DNA from: Chloroflexota bacterium
GTDB lineage: Bacteria; Chloroflexota; UBA11872; VXOZ01
Direction: 5' to 3'
Assembly (NCBI GenBank): GCA_963663275.1
Contig: OY760183.1
Coordinates: 320,001-384,000, forward strand
Length of the DNA stretch: 64,000 nucleotides
The notes under the pieces were generated by a model. The model was not told where the DNA came from. It did no database searches and saw only the letters and a program-made list of their open reading frames with translations. Below, piece by piece: positions 28,428 to 38,671 of this stretch; positions within the stretch are counted from its first letter, which is position 1, and each line of letters opens with the position of its first letter. The translations under genes were made by a program, and so were the position numbers.

Positions 28428-28677
28428 GCTGGCGCTTCGTGTAAGCTGGCGGAGGGCCGCCCGGGGGCGCCGGAACGCCGCCGCCCTGCCGCGTCTCCGC
28501 CCTCAATGCCCAACGACTCCGGTAGCGCAGGTTTGCAACCTGCGGCTCTCGATCCGGTAGCGTAGGTTTGTAACCTGCGTATCTTATGGGGTCAATCTCT
28601 TGCGCGTCAATATGTAACTGCGAAATGCCTCATGGCACGCCCGCCCTTGCCGACTTGGTGGCAGTTCCACGCGCGCA

Positions 28678-28922
28678 GGCGGGGGACAAGCCCCCGCGCT
28701 ACGTTGAGGCATGTCCTCCCCTCCAAACCGGCGCAGGTTGCAAACCTACGCTACTAAGGCGGCGGGGGGCAAGCCTCCGCGCTACGTTGAGGCGTGTCCT
28801 CCGCTCCAAACCGGCGCAGGTTGCAAACCTACGCTACTAAGGCGGCGGGGGGCAAGCCTCCGCGCTACGTTGAGGCGTGTCCTCCGCTCCAAACCGGCGC
28901 AGGTTGCAAACCTACGCTACCA
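28678..28922. repeat. Tandem REP doublet array (about 80 bp x3)
   Basis: REP + CCTCCGCTCCAAACCGGCGCAGGTTGCAAACCTACGCTAC repeated three times. Confidence 0.9.
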
Positions 28923-28960
28923 AGTCGGCGGGAGCAAACACCACGAGCGTAAACAGGCTC

Positions 28961-29986
28961 TCACACCGTATCCAACGACACGATCCGCTGCTCCTCCACC
29001 GACTTGTACGCCCCCCGGATTAGGCGCAGCGTGGCGATGCCGTCGGCCAGGCCTTGCACCGGCGCTTCGCCGTTCTCCAGGCAGCCGATGAAGTGCTCGA
29101 TCTCGCGCGCGAACGTGTCGGGGACTTGCAATTCCTTCACCGCGGGCCGCTCCATGCCGTTCAGCATCACCTCGATGCGACCCGAACCCGCCGAGATCGT
29201 GCCCCGGTCGCCGACCACGTGGATCGAATAGCCCGACGGCAGGTTCATCGCCCACGAACTGAGGATCTGGCCGGTGGAACCGTTTTCAAACGTCACCATC
29301 ACCTGGGCCGTATCCTCGCCGTCGAGTTGCGGCAGGCGGTGGTTGGTGAGCAGCGCGCTCACGGTCAGGGCCGGCGAACCGGCCAGGTAGAGCAGGCGGT
29401 ACGTGGGGTGGTAGCCCGTGTCGATCAGTTCGCCGCCGCCCATAAACTCCCGCTTGGAACGCCAACTGCCGGGCGCGTGGGAAGCGAGCGCGGCGGAACC
29501 GGTCCTGATGTACGGCCGGCTCAGGAAGCAGTCGGCGGAGTGGATCCAGTAGACGTCGCCCACCAGGCCGTCGTCGATGCGCGGCTTGATTGCCTGCACC
29601 GACTCCGTGAAGACCTGGTTGTGGGCGCACATGAGCGTGACGCCGCCGGCCTCCACCGCCGCTTCGATTTCTTTGGCCTCGTCCATGTCCAGGCAGAGCG
29701 GCTTTTCGATGAGGATGTGCTTCTTGGCTTCCGCCGCCGCCACCGCGGCCTCTTTGTGCACGTGGTGCGGCAGGCAGATGTCCACCGCGTCCACGCTGGG
29801 GTTTTGCAGCAATTCGCGGTAGTCCGAGTAGACCTGCGCGCCGCCCACCTGCGCCGCCCGCGCCTGCGCGGCGGAGTCGACCACGTCCGCCACCGCCACC
29901 ACCTTGGCGCGGTCGTTGTTGGCGTTCCAGCCGCGCGCGTGGCCGTTGCTGATACCGCCGCATCCGATAATGCCTACGCCTAACAT
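28961..29986 (-). CDS. Gfo/Idh/MocA oxidoreductase
   Basis: GIIGCGGI, HILIEKP, GGGELIDTGYH. Confidence 0.93.
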   Translation of the reverse strand: MLGVGIIGCGGISNGHARGWNANNDRAKVVAVADVVDSAAQARAAQVGGAQVYSDYRELLQNPSVDAVDICLPHHVHKEAAVAAAEAKKHILIEKPLCLDMDEAKEIEAAVEAGGVTLMCAHNQVFTESVQAIKPRIDDGLVGDVYWIHSADCFLSRPYIRTGSAALASHAPGSWRSKREFMGGGELIDTGYHPTYRLLYLAGSPALTVSALLTNHRLPQLDGEDTAQVMVTFENGSTGQILSSWAMNLPSGYSIHVVGDRGTISAGSGRIEVMLNGMERPAVKELQVPDTFAREIEHFIGCLENGEAPVQGLADGIATLRLIRGAYKSVEEQRIVSLDTV

Positions 29987-30149
29987 TCGCGCTTGCGTCC
30001 TTTCCTGATACAATGAGCGTGTCCGACCGGCAAGACATTACCTATTATGAGCGTTTCCGCGCGGTGCGCAAATAGGGGAGGCAATGCGGCAAAGCGGCGG
30101 CTGACCGGTTGGAGGCGCGCCCACCGCGAAACAGCGGGAGGAACAAGCC

Positions 30150-30410
30150 ATGGCGACAGCCTTGCTGGATACCATGGGAGAATCAAAGGACACCTTAGCG
30201 ATGAAAGCCGACTTGGATGCCCTCCGTCAAGCGGTGAGAGAACAGGCAACCAATGCCGACGCGCGAGCACTGGAAGCGCGCATTGATAGAATGGAAACGC
30301 GTATCAGCACGCACGAATACACGTTTGCCATTGGCGTGATATTGTTCGTGGCAGGCGTGCTGCAAGTGGCGGCCATCGGACTGCTTTTCGCTTACTTCCT
30401 GCCTGGCTAA
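30150..30410 (+). CDS. Small coiled-coil protein with C-terminal TM (DUF1640/Bdr-like)
   Basis: LAMKADL motif; hydrophobic tail; GGAGG SD. Confidence 0.6.
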   Translation: MATALLDTMGESKDTLAMKADLDALRQAVREQATNADARALEARIDRMETRISTHEYTFAIGVILFVAGVLQVAAIGLLFAYFLPG

Positions 30411-30500
30411 CCCCATTCGCGCAGCAATCTGTCCCCCGCCAAACGCAGAAGCCGTAGCGCGGGGGCTTGTCCCCCGCCGGATTGCGAAGGATACCCACTC

Positions 30501-31505
30501 ATGCAGACAACCCAAATCGTCTTTCCCGAACGAAACCGGGTCGCGCTCGAATCCGCCGCGCTGCCGGAACTCGGACCCCACGACGTGCTCGTGCGCACCG
30601 AGGTCAGCGGCATCAGCGCCGGCACCGAACTCTCCAACCTCCTGGGGAATCTCAATTATGACAACTTCCCCAAGTATCCCGGCTACTCCAACGTCGGCAT
30701 CGTGGAGCGCGTCGGCGGCGACGTCACCGGCTTCAGCGAGGGCGACCGGGTGCTCAGCAACGGCCGGCACGCCTCGCACCACGTCGTCAGCCGCGCCGCC
30801 GGCCGCGCGGGCGCGCCCCAGACGCTGCTGCGCGTGCCGGACGGCGTCGACCCGGCGGACGCCACCTTCACCACCCTCGGCGCGGTCGCCATGCACGGCA
30901 TCCGCAAGGCCGAACCCAAGCTGGGGCAGTCCGCCGCCGTGGTCGGGCAGGGCGTGGTGGGACAACTCCTCTGCCAACTCCTGCGCCTGAACGGCGTCCA
31001 TCCGGTAATTGGCATCGACGTCTTCCCGTCCCGGCTGGAAGCGGGCGCGGAGAGCGGCACACCCGTGCTCATCAACCCGGCGGCAGAAGATCTCGTGCCG
31101 CGCGTGATGGCGGAAACGAACGGCGCGGGGGTCACCTACGGGTTCGACGCCACCCGCAGCGGCACCGCCCTGCGCGCGCTCATGGACATGGCCGCCCAGA
31201 GCGGCAAGATTCTCCTGGTCGGCAGCATCCCGCGCACCGTGGAGATTCCCCTCTTCGACCCGCTGCAGACCAAAGAACTCAGCATCATGGGCGTGCTCCA
31301 ACCGCGTTCGCCCATGGTCGAGCACGCCTACTATCCGTGGACGCAGGGGCGCAACCGGTCTGAGATTCTCGACCTGCTGGCGCGGCGGGCACTCCGCGTG
31401 GCGCATCTCATCACCCACCGCCTGGCGCCCACGGACGCGACGGCCGCCTACGACATGATCGCCCGCGGCGGGTCGGACTGGCTGGGCGTGGTCTTCGTTT
31501 GGTAG
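30501..31505 (+). CDS. MDR-family (zinc-binding-type) dehydrogenase
   Basis: SGISAGTE, PGYSNVG, VVGQGVVG. Confidence 0.9.
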   Translation: MQTTQIVFPERNRVALESAALPELGPHDVLVRTEVSGISAGTELSNLLGNLNYDNFPKYPGYSNVGIVERVGGDVTGFSEGDRVLSNGRHASHHVVSRAAGRAGAPQTLLRVPDGVDPADATFTTLGAVAMHGIRKAEPKLGQSAAVVGQGVVGQLLCQLLRLNGVHPVIGIDVFPSRLEAGAESGTPVLINPAAEDLVPRVMAETNGAGVTYGFDATRSGTALRALMDMAAQSGKILLVGSIPRTVEIPLFDPLQTKELSIMGVLQPRSPMVEHAYYPWTQGRNRSEILDLLARRALRVAHLITHRLAPTDATAAYDMIARGGSDWLGVVFVW

Positions 31506-31612
31506 AAAACGTAGCGCCTCACGGCATCCGTCCTGGCCGTTCATGCTTCGACAAGCTCAGCACGAACGGCCAGGACAGATGCCAAGACCCCTCACCCTAA
31601 CCCTCTCCCCCA

Positions 31613-32010
31613 GGAGACCTTTGCATAACTCCGTCATTCCGGTGAAAACCGGAATCCAGAGTGCTTTTACAACTAAATCTTGCATGAAGTCAAGCCATTT
31701 CGCCCCCCATCCCAACCTTCCCCCCAGTGGGGCTGACAGGGGTAGGCAAGTGTCATTCCGAGCGGAGCGAGGAATCTAGAACCGACGTTTTTGCAGCGAA
31801 AGCCTTAGATTCCGCGCTCTTAGCGACTCTCCGCTGCGCTCCGCTCGGAATGACACGTGAAGTCGATTAAAGAGTACATGCCCCTGTCAGCCCATCGAGG
31901 GGGGAAGGTTGGGATGGAGGTAAAAAAGGCTTGACCTTGAAATTTAGTTAGTTGAAAAGTCGTCTGGATTCCGGCTTTCGCCGGAATGAGAGAAAATTCT
32001 GCAAGAGTCC
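31613..32010. mobile_element. Nested MITE-like elements (GAGACCTTTGCA outer; GGCTGACAG inner at 31731-31892)
   Basis: Inner element near-identical to 7804-7979. Confidence 0.65.
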
Positions 32011-32101
32011 CTCAAATGAGAGAGGGCACTTCTCGCCTCTCAGCGCGGGGTCGCGGCGGTCTCCCACAGGCAGGGCCTGGCCGGTTTGGCGCGCCCGTTA
32101 C

Positions 32102-32130
32102 TTGACACCGCAGGTGTGGTATTCTATGTT
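32102..32130 (+). promoter_or_regulatory. Sigma70 promoter
   Basis: TTGACA-17-TATGTT upstream of AGGAGG SD. Confidence 0.7.
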
Positions 32131-32177
32131 GACCGTGACTCAATAGGTTGGTTGGTAGTGCGTAGGAGGTATACGCA

Positions 32178-33566
32178 ATGAGACGAACAGGACGGATGAG
32201 TCGACGTTCCCTGCTCGGCTGGAGCGGCGTAGTAGGCGGCGGCGCCTTGCTGGCGGCCTGCGGCGCGCAGACCGGCGCCATGGAAGAGGCCGAGCCCGAA
32301 GCCAAGGCCGAGGAAGAAGCCCCCAAGGCCGAAACGGCCGACACGAAAGAGATGGAGCCCCGTCTCATCGTGCACACCGACTGGTGGCGGCCCGGCGGCG
32401 CGCCCACCATTCAGGAGTACTTCGACGGCATCAAGGGCGACTTCATGGAGCTCAATCCCGGCGTGACCGTCGAGTCGGTCCACGTGCGCGGGACCCTCGG
32501 CTTGCAGGACCAGGTGACCACGATGATTGCCGCCGGCGAGCAGGTGGACTCCTCGCAAGTCTCGGTGGCCTTCATCCTCAATTGGTTGCTGAAAGACTTT
32601 CTGCAGCCGCTCGACCCGTTCCAGGCCAAGGATCCCGATACGGCGCCGGACAAGTTCGTGGATTCCGGCCGCTTCTTCAACGTGCACAACGGCCAGACCT
32701 ACGGCATCCCGTACGACGGCCCCTCGACCGTTGTGATGGGGATTAACACGCGCTTGTTGACGGACGCCGGCCTCGACACCGATCGCGAAGTTACTTGGAA
32801 TTGGGATTGGGACCAGTTCCTGGAATATGCGCAGAAGGTGCACGAGACGGATGGAGAGAATATTACGCGCATGGGCTATCGCACCAGCGGCTTCAGCCTG
32901 TCTGGCATCGGGCGGTGGCTCTATCCCAACGGCGCTACCCTGTATACTGAGGACAATAAGGCAGCGGCCTTCGATTCCGCACAGGGCATTGCCGCGGGAC
33001 AGTTCAAGGAGGACTTGAAGATAAAGCACAAGTTCGACCCCTTGCCGGAAGGCGCGACCTTCGTCAACGAGCAAGTCGTCATTGCCCAACAGGGTTCCTG
33101 GAGTGTCGGCTACATCTTCGGCAACAATGAGACCCTTGAGTTTGACTTTGCGCCCATACCCAAGGGTCCCGACGGCACGACGCCGGGTAGCATGACCTGG
33201 ACGAACCAGTGGTGCCTCTTCAGTGTCTCCCCGGACCCCGAATTGGCGTGGAGCTGGATGAGTTGGGTCAATAGCGAGGCCACCTTGGAGAAGTACTTCG
33301 CCGGCATCCTCTCCCGCAATGCCGGGCGCAAGGAGTTCTACCAGAGCGAAGCCTGGAAGGCGCGCACTGACGAGCGGCCGGTGCTGAAGGACCTGGAGCT
33401 AATCGCCGACAATTCCGGCCCGTACCCGTGGCTCCACACGTCCGCGGGCAACGAAGCCACCAAGCCGGTGTGGGATGCCCTGAATAACCAGGAACTCACC
33501 GTGCAAGAGGCCTTCCCGCAGGCCGCCGAACTGCTCAATGGCGTTTTGGAGGAGTTGGGCACCTAA
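32178..33566 (+). CDS. Extracellular solute-binding lipoprotein (family 1, Tat signal), copy 1
   Basis: SRRSLL twin-arginine, LAAC lipobox, YGIPYD, PELAWSWM. Confidence 0.9.
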   Translation: MRRTGRMSRRSLLGWSGVVGGGALLAACGAQTGAMEEAEPEAKAEEEAPKAETADTKEMEPRLIVHTDWWRPGGAPTIQEYFDGIKGDFMELNPGVTVESVHVRGTLGLQDQVTTMIAAGEQVDSSQVSVAFILNWLLKDFLQPLDPFQAKDPDTAPDKFVDSGRFFNVHNGQTYGIPYDGPSTVVMGINTRLLTDAGLDTDREVTWNWDWDQFLEYAQKVHETDGENITRMGYRTSGFSLSGIGRWLYPNGATLYTEDNKAAAFDSAQGIAAGQFKEDLKIKHKFDPLPEGATFVNEQVVIAQQGSWSVGYIFGNNETLEFDFAPIPKGPDGTTPGSMTWTNQWCLFSVSPDPELAWSWMSWVNSEATLEKYFAGILSRNAGRKEFYQSEAWKARTDERPVLKDLELIADNSGPYPWLHTSAGNEATKPVWDALNNQELTVQEAFPQAAELLNGVLEELGT

Positions 33567-33597
33567 GCAAGCTCATTCCTCTGCTGTCTAGCAGGTC

Positions 33598-33640
33598 AAA
33601 GAAGACTGGGCGGGTTGCACAACCCGCCCAGTCTTCTTTT
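33598..33640 (+). terminator. Rho-independent terminator
   Basis: AAAGAAGACTGGGCGGGTT-GCAC-AACCCGCCCAGTCTTCTTTT. Confidence 0.9.
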
Positions 33641-33725
33641 GCTATGACTGCTCCCTACATGCTCTCGAAGGGGAGAGTGGTACTTCATGTTAAGAACCAT
33701 CGCAAAGCAGAGTCTTGTCAGCTTG

Positions 33726-33754
33726 TTGACAGCAAAATGGCAACCTAGTACCGT
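33726..33754 (+). promoter_or_regulatory. Sigma70 promoter
   Basis: TTGACA-17-TACCGT. Confidence 0.6.
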
Positions 33755-33830
33755 TAGGGCAGCGGCTGCGTTCTCCTTACGAACGCGCCGAGAGTCGGTA
33801 GGAAGGTAGTGCTCAGGAGGTTTTCATACC

Positions 33831-35219
33831 ATGAGAAGCACAGGACGGCTCAGCAGACGTTCCCTGCTCGGTTGGAGCGGTGTAGTTGGCGGCGGCGTAC
33901 TGCTCGCGGCCTGCGGCGCGCAGACCGGCGCCATGGAAGAGGCCGAGCCCGAAGCCAAGGCCGAGGAAGAAGCGCCCAAGGCCGAGACGGCCGACACCAA
34001 AGAGATGGAGCCCCGTCTCATCGTGCACACCGACTGGTGGCGGCCCGGCGGCGCGCCCACCATTCAGGAGTACTTCGACGGCATCAAGGGCGACTTCATG
34101 GAGCTCAACCCCGGCATCACCGTGGAGTCCGTGCACGTGCGCGGCACCATCGGCTTGCAGGACCACGTGACCACCATGATTGCCGCCGGCGAGCAGGTAG
34201 ACTCCTCGCAGGTTTCGGTAGCCTTCATCCTGAACTGGCTGCTGAAAGACTTCTTGGCGCCGCTGGACCCGTATCAGGCCGCGGATCCCTCCATGGCGCC
34301 CGACAAGTTCGTGGACTCCGGCCGGTTCTTCAACCAGCACGGCGGCATGACCTACGGCATCCCGTATGACGGCCCCTCCACCACTGTGGTTGGGATCAAC
34401 ACGCGGCTGCTCACGGACGCCGGCTTGGATCCCGATCGCGAGGTCACTTGGAATTGGGATTGGGACACGTTCCTGGAGTACGCGCAGCAGGCGCACGAAG
34501 TGTCTGGCGACAACATCGTACGCATGGGCTACAGGCCGGGCAGTTTCTCCATTTACCATCTCGGGCGGTGGGTCTACGTCAATGGCGGCAGGCTCTATAG
34601 CGATGATAATTCGGAGGCCGTCTTCGATTCGCCGCAGGCCATCGCCGGGGGCGAGTTCATGCAAGATCTCAAGATCAAGCACAAGTTCGACCCCGTGCCG
34701 GAAGGCGCGACCTTCCAGAACGAGCAGCTAGTGATGGACATCCAAGGCTCGTGGCGAGTCGGGTACCTCCTTGGCGAGAATCCCGACCTGGAGTTCGACT
34801 TTACGCCGTATCCCCAGGGACCCGATGGCGCGTCGCCGGGCAGCTTGACCTGGACGAACCAGTGGTGCCTCTTCGGCGTCTCGCCGGATCCCGACCTCGC
34901 CTGGTCGTGGATTGCCTGGGTGAACAGCGAAGCCACGCTGGAGAAGTACTTCGCCGGTATCCTTTCCCGCAACGCCGGCCGCAAGGAGTTCTACCAGAGC
35001 GAGCCGTGGCAGAAGATCGTTGCGGATCGTCCGGTGCTGAAGGACATCGAAACGATCGCCGATACGTCCGGCCCGTACCCGTGGATCCATACGTCCGCGG
35101 GCAACGAAGCCACCAAGCCGGTGTGGGACGCCCTGAACAAGCAGGAGCTCACCGTGCAGGAGGCTCTCCCTCAGGCCGTGAAACTGCTCAACGGCGTCTT
35201 GGCGGAGATGGGCACCTAA
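33831..35219 (+). CDS. Extracellular solute-binding lipoprotein, copy 2
   Basis: Same length (462 aa) and highly similar to copy 1. Confidence 0.9.
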   Translation: MRSTGRLSRRSLLGWSGVVGGGVLLAACGAQTGAMEEAEPEAKAEEEAPKAETADTKEMEPRLIVHTDWWRPGGAPTIQEYFDGIKGDFMELNPGITVESVHVRGTIGLQDHVTTMIAAGEQVDSSQVSVAFILNWLLKDFLAPLDPYQAADPSMAPDKFVDSGRFFNQHGGMTYGIPYDGPSTTVVGINTRLLTDAGLDPDREVTWNWDWDTFLEYAQQAHEVSGDNIVRMGYRPGSFSIYHLGRWVYVNGGRLYSDDNSEAVFDSPQAIAGGEFMQDLKIKHKFDPVPEGATFQNEQLVMDIQGSWRVGYLLGENPDLEFDFTPYPQGPDGASPGSLTWTNQWCLFGVSPDPDLAWSWIAWVNSEATLEKYFAGILSRNAGRKEFYQSEPWQKIVADRPVLKDIETIADTSGPYPWIHTSAGNEATKPVWDALNKQELTVQEALPQAVKLLNGVLAEMGT

Positions 35220-35250
35220 GCGGCTCAGCCGTTTGCCGCCGGATACAGCG

Positions 35251-35292
35251 AAAGAACCGGGCGGGCCTTGCGGCCCGCCCGGTCTTTCTTTA
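35251..35292 (+). terminator. Rho-independent terminator
   Basis: ACCGGGCGGGCC-TTGC-GGCCCGCCCGGT followed by CTTTCTTT. Confidence 0.85.
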
Positions 35293-35368
35293 CCCAACCA
35301 AACCTCTCTCTCCGCGCTTCTCTCCGGTAGTTCCGCTCACTCTCGCACGCAAATGCCCTATGCGCGCG

Positions 35369-35397
35369 TTGACAGCGGAACGCTGAATTAGTACCGT
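35369..35397 (+). promoter_or_regulatory. Sigma70 promoter of rny
   Basis: TTGACA-17-TACCGT. Confidence 0.6.
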
Positions 35398-35519
35398 TAG
35401 TGTGGGCGAGTAGTTACGCTAGCGGTAGCCATTCGCCGGCATGAAGACGTGATTGCCACCAGTGGTGATTGACATGTACCGACTGCTTGCAAAGTATCGC
35501 GGAGAGGAAGGCAAAGGGC

Positions 35520-37049
35520 ATGGAGCTATGGATGCTTATCGTGCCTCTGCTTGTCCTAATCCCTGGAGCTTTTGGGGTAGGTTTTTGGGCGCAACGGCTA
35601 ATCCAGCATCGGAATACCCAGGCGGCGGCGGCTGAAGCGCAGAGGCTCTTGGAGGATGCAGAGACCACACGAAAACGCATGGCGGTGGAGGCCAAAGATG
35701 AGGCGCTAAGGCTGAAGACCAAAGCGGAGGAGGAAATCGGGCGCTGGCGCGGCGAACTCAGCCGCACCGAGCGCCGCCTGCAACAGCGTGAAGAAACGCT
35801 AGAGCAACGCGCTACGCAGGCCGAACGGCGCGACAAGAAGATCGGCGAACACGAAAAGCGGGTCGAACGCGAGCGCAATGCCGTGGACGAACTGCGGCAA
35901 CAGCAAATCAGCGAACTCGAGCGCATCGCCCAGATGACGGCCGGCGAGGCCAAAGTGGTGCTTACCCAGAGCATCGAGGAAGAAGTGCGCGAAGAGTGCA
36001 CCCGCATGATCAAGCAGCTTGAAGCCTCGGCCCGCGAGGAATCCGAGCGCAGCGCGCGCCGCGTCATCGCCACCGCCATCCAACGCCTGGCCGCCGACCA
36101 TACCGTGGAATCCACGGTCTCGGTCGTCACCCTGCCCAACGAGGAGATGAAAGGCCGCATCATCGGCCGCGAAGGGCGCAACATCCGCGCCCTGGAACTC
36201 CTCACCGGCGTGGACCTCATCATCGACGATACGCCCGAGGCCGTGGTGCTTTCGGCCCACGACCCGGTGCGGCGCGAGGTGGCGCGCGTGGCCCTCACCC
36301 GCCTCATCCAGGACGGCCGCATCCACCCGGCCCGCATCGAGGAGATGGTGGGCAAGGCCGATAAGGAGATCGAAGACACGATCTGGGAAGAAGGCGAACA
36401 GGCGGCGGACCTGGCCCAGGTGCGCGGCCTGCCCGCCGAACTGGTGCGCCTCATCGGGCGGCTCCGCTACCGCTCCAGCTACGGCCAGAACGTGCTGGCC
36501 CACAGCGTGGAAGTGGCCCAGTTGGCCGCCAGCATGGCCGCGGAAATCGGCGCCGACGTGAACGTCGGCCGCCGCGCCGGCCTGCTGCACGACGTGGGCA
36601 AGGCCGTGGACGCCGACATGGAAGGCCCCCACGCCCTGGTGGGCGCGGAAATGACCCGCCGCTACAACCAGTCGCCGAAAGTCGTGCACGCCATCGCCGC
36701 CCACCACAACGATGAAGAACCGCGCACGGTGGAGGCTTTCGTCGTCTCCGCGGCGGACGCCATCTCGGCCTCGCGGCCGGGGGCGCGCCGGGACTCGATC
36801 GAACGCTACATGCAGCGGCTGCGGGCGCTGGAATCCGTGGCCAACTCGTTCTCCGGCGTGGAGAAATCATACGCCATCCAGGCCGGACGCGAAGTGCGCA
36901 TCATGGTGCGGCCCGACGAAATCGACGAACTGGGCGCCGTGCGCCTCTCCCGCGACATCTGCAAACGCATCGAGGAATCGCTGGAATACCCGGGCCAGGT
37001 AAAGGTCACCCTGATCCGGGAAACGCGCGTGGTAGACTACGCCAGGTAA
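35520..37049 (+). CDS. rny: Ribonuclease Y
   Basis: N-terminal TM and coiled coil; [14 protein letters not shown] (KH); LLHDVGK (HD). Confidence 0.97.
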   Translation: MELWMLIVPLLVLIPGAFGVGFWAQRLIQHRNTQAAAAEAQRLLEDAETTRKRMAVEAKDEALRLKTKAEEEIGRWRGELSRTERRLQQREETLEQRATQAERRDKKIGEHEKRVERERNAVDELRQQQISELERIAQMTAGEAKVVLTQSIEEEVREECTRMIKQLEASAREESERSARRVIATAIQRLAADHTVESTVSVVTLPNEEMKGRIIGREGRNIRALELLTGVDLIIDDTPEAVVLSAHDPVRREVARVALTRLIQDGRIHPARIEEMVGKADKEIEDTIWEEGEQAADLAQVRGLPAELVRLIGRLRYRSSYGQNVLAHSVEVAQLAASMAAEIGADVNVGRRAGLLHDVGKAVDADMEGPHALVGAEMTRRYNQSPKVVHAIAAHHNDEEPRTVEAFVVSAADAISASRPGARRDSIERYMQRLRALESVANSFSGVEKSYAIQAGREVRIMVRPDEIDELGAVRLSRDICKRIEESLEYPGQVKVTLIRETRVVDYAR

Positions 37050-37331
37050 CGCAAATCGCGCGTTCGTCCCTCTCCCACGGGAGAAGGACCGGCGCGTCCC
37101 TCTACAGGGGATTAGGACAAGCGCGTCCCTCTCCGAGAGGTAAAGACTGGCGCGTCCCTGCCGGGGAGAAAGGGGCGTATCTTGTCCCCTCTCCCTGAGG
37201 GAGAGGTTTAGGGTGAGGGTGAAACAACAAGGGAAACCGCGTTGAAAACGCGCCAAACGGACAGAGACTGCTCGCTGTGGGCCGCCTGAGCGGCAATCCA
37301 CGCACTCAACATTGAAGCTGGAGGGGAGCAG

Positions 37332-37592
37332 ATGGAGATCCTCAAGGTAGCGTCGCAATCCAAGCCGACGGCCGTGGCCGGCGCCATTGCCGGCGTGATG
37401 CGGGAAAGCGGCCGCGCCGAAGTCCAGGCGATCGGCGCGGGCGCCGTAAACCAGGCCGTCAAGTCGGTGGTCATCGCGCGCGGCTACCTGGCCCCGGGCG
37501 GCATCGACCTCATCTGCATCCCCGCCTTCATCGAGGTCACCGTCGAAAGCGGCGAACGCACCGCGATCAAGTTCATCCTCGAAGCGCGCTAA
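37332..37592 (+). CDS. spoVS: SpoVS family protein
   Basis: LKVASQSKPTAVAGAIAG..QAIGAGAVNQAVK. Confidence 0.96.
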   Translation: MEILKVASQSKPTAVAGAIAGVMRESGRAEVQAIGAGAVNQAVKSVVIARGYLAPGGIDLICIPAFIEVTVESGERTAIKFILEAR

Positions 37593-37617
37593 CCGGCGAT
37601 TGCCCAGGAGACCTTCC

Positions 37618-38526
37618 ATGTACCCAAACGGAGCGGATTTCGCCCTCAGCCTCACGTTCGACGTGGAGATGTGCAGCAATTTCCCCTACTGGACCTCAGT
37701 CTGGGACCACCGCAAAGGCGCGATCGATGAGGATAGCAAACTCTACATGGGCAAGATGCTGGACGTGGCGGCCCGATACGGCGTCAAGCTCCAGTTCTTC
37801 CTGGTGGGCCGCGCGCTGGAAGACCCCAACGTCGATTACCTCAAGCGCATGGCCGCCGAGGGCCACGCCGTGGATAACCACACCTACAACCACGTGAACG
37901 TGAAGGCCCAGGAGATACCGCAGTTACAACCGGTCTACGCCAACGCGCCTTGGCGCGCCGCCGGCCTGGACGCCCTGGAGTGCATCCGGCGCGAGGTGCG
38001 GCAGACCTCCACGGCCATCACCGAGAAACTCGGCGTCGCGCCCACCGGCTTCCGCACCCCCGGCGGCTTCAACAACGGCCTGGACGACGTGCCCGACGTG
38101 CAGGACGTCCTGCGCGAGGAAGGCATGGAATACGCTTCCGCCCGGTACTATTTTCCGGTGGATCCCAGCAAGAAACGCCCCCCGGCGGACGCGCTGAACC
38201 GGGCGATGGAGGCCAGCATCGACGCGCTCCAGCCCTCGCGCTATCCCAACGGCCTGCCGGAACTGCCGCTGGCGGGCATTACGGACATCTGGGCGTTCCG
38301 CGTGCTGGATCTGGACCGCTGGGAGTTCATCGACGTGCTCAAGCGCGGCATCGACCACACCCACGCCCATAAGCAGGCGCTGAGCCTCTGCTTCCATCCG
38401 CCGGTGCTCGCCGTCCGCGATCCCCACTGCGACATGCTGGACGGCATCCTGCGCTACGCCCTGGCAAAACCCGGCGGCTGCTGGATTGCCACAAACCAAG
38501 AAATGGCGGCGCATACGCTCAACTAA
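37618..38526 (+). CDS. Polysaccharide deacetylase family protein, copy 1
   Basis: LTFDVE, NHTYNH, GFRTPGG, FHP. Confidence 0.88.
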   Translation: MYPNGADFALSLTFDVEMCSNFPYWTSVWDHRKGAIDEDSKLYMGKMLDVAARYGVKLQFFLVGRALEDPNVDYLKRMAAEGHAVDNHTYNHVNVKAQEIPQLQPVYANAPWRAAGLDALECIRREVRQTSTAITEKLGVAPTGFRTPGGFNNGLDDVPDVQDVLREEGMEYASARYYFPVDPSKKRPPADALNRAMEASIDALQPSRYPNGLPELPLAGITDIWAFRVLDLDRWEFIDVLKRGIDHTHAHKQALSLCFHPPVLAVRDPHCDMLDGILRYALAKPGGCWIATNQEMAAHTLN

Positions 38527-38671
38527 CACCCGGCAGTATCGGCAAATTCCCCGCTCCTGTCCCCTCTCCCTGAGGGAGAGGGCTAGGGTGAGGGTGAATC
38601 ACCGGAGCACAGTCACGTTGACTGGGCAAGTAGCGCAAACTCTGAGCGATTGAACACCAAAGGAATTACCC

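Noticed and set aside
28678-28922. CRISPR array
   Set aside because: Units are near-identical with no unique spacers.
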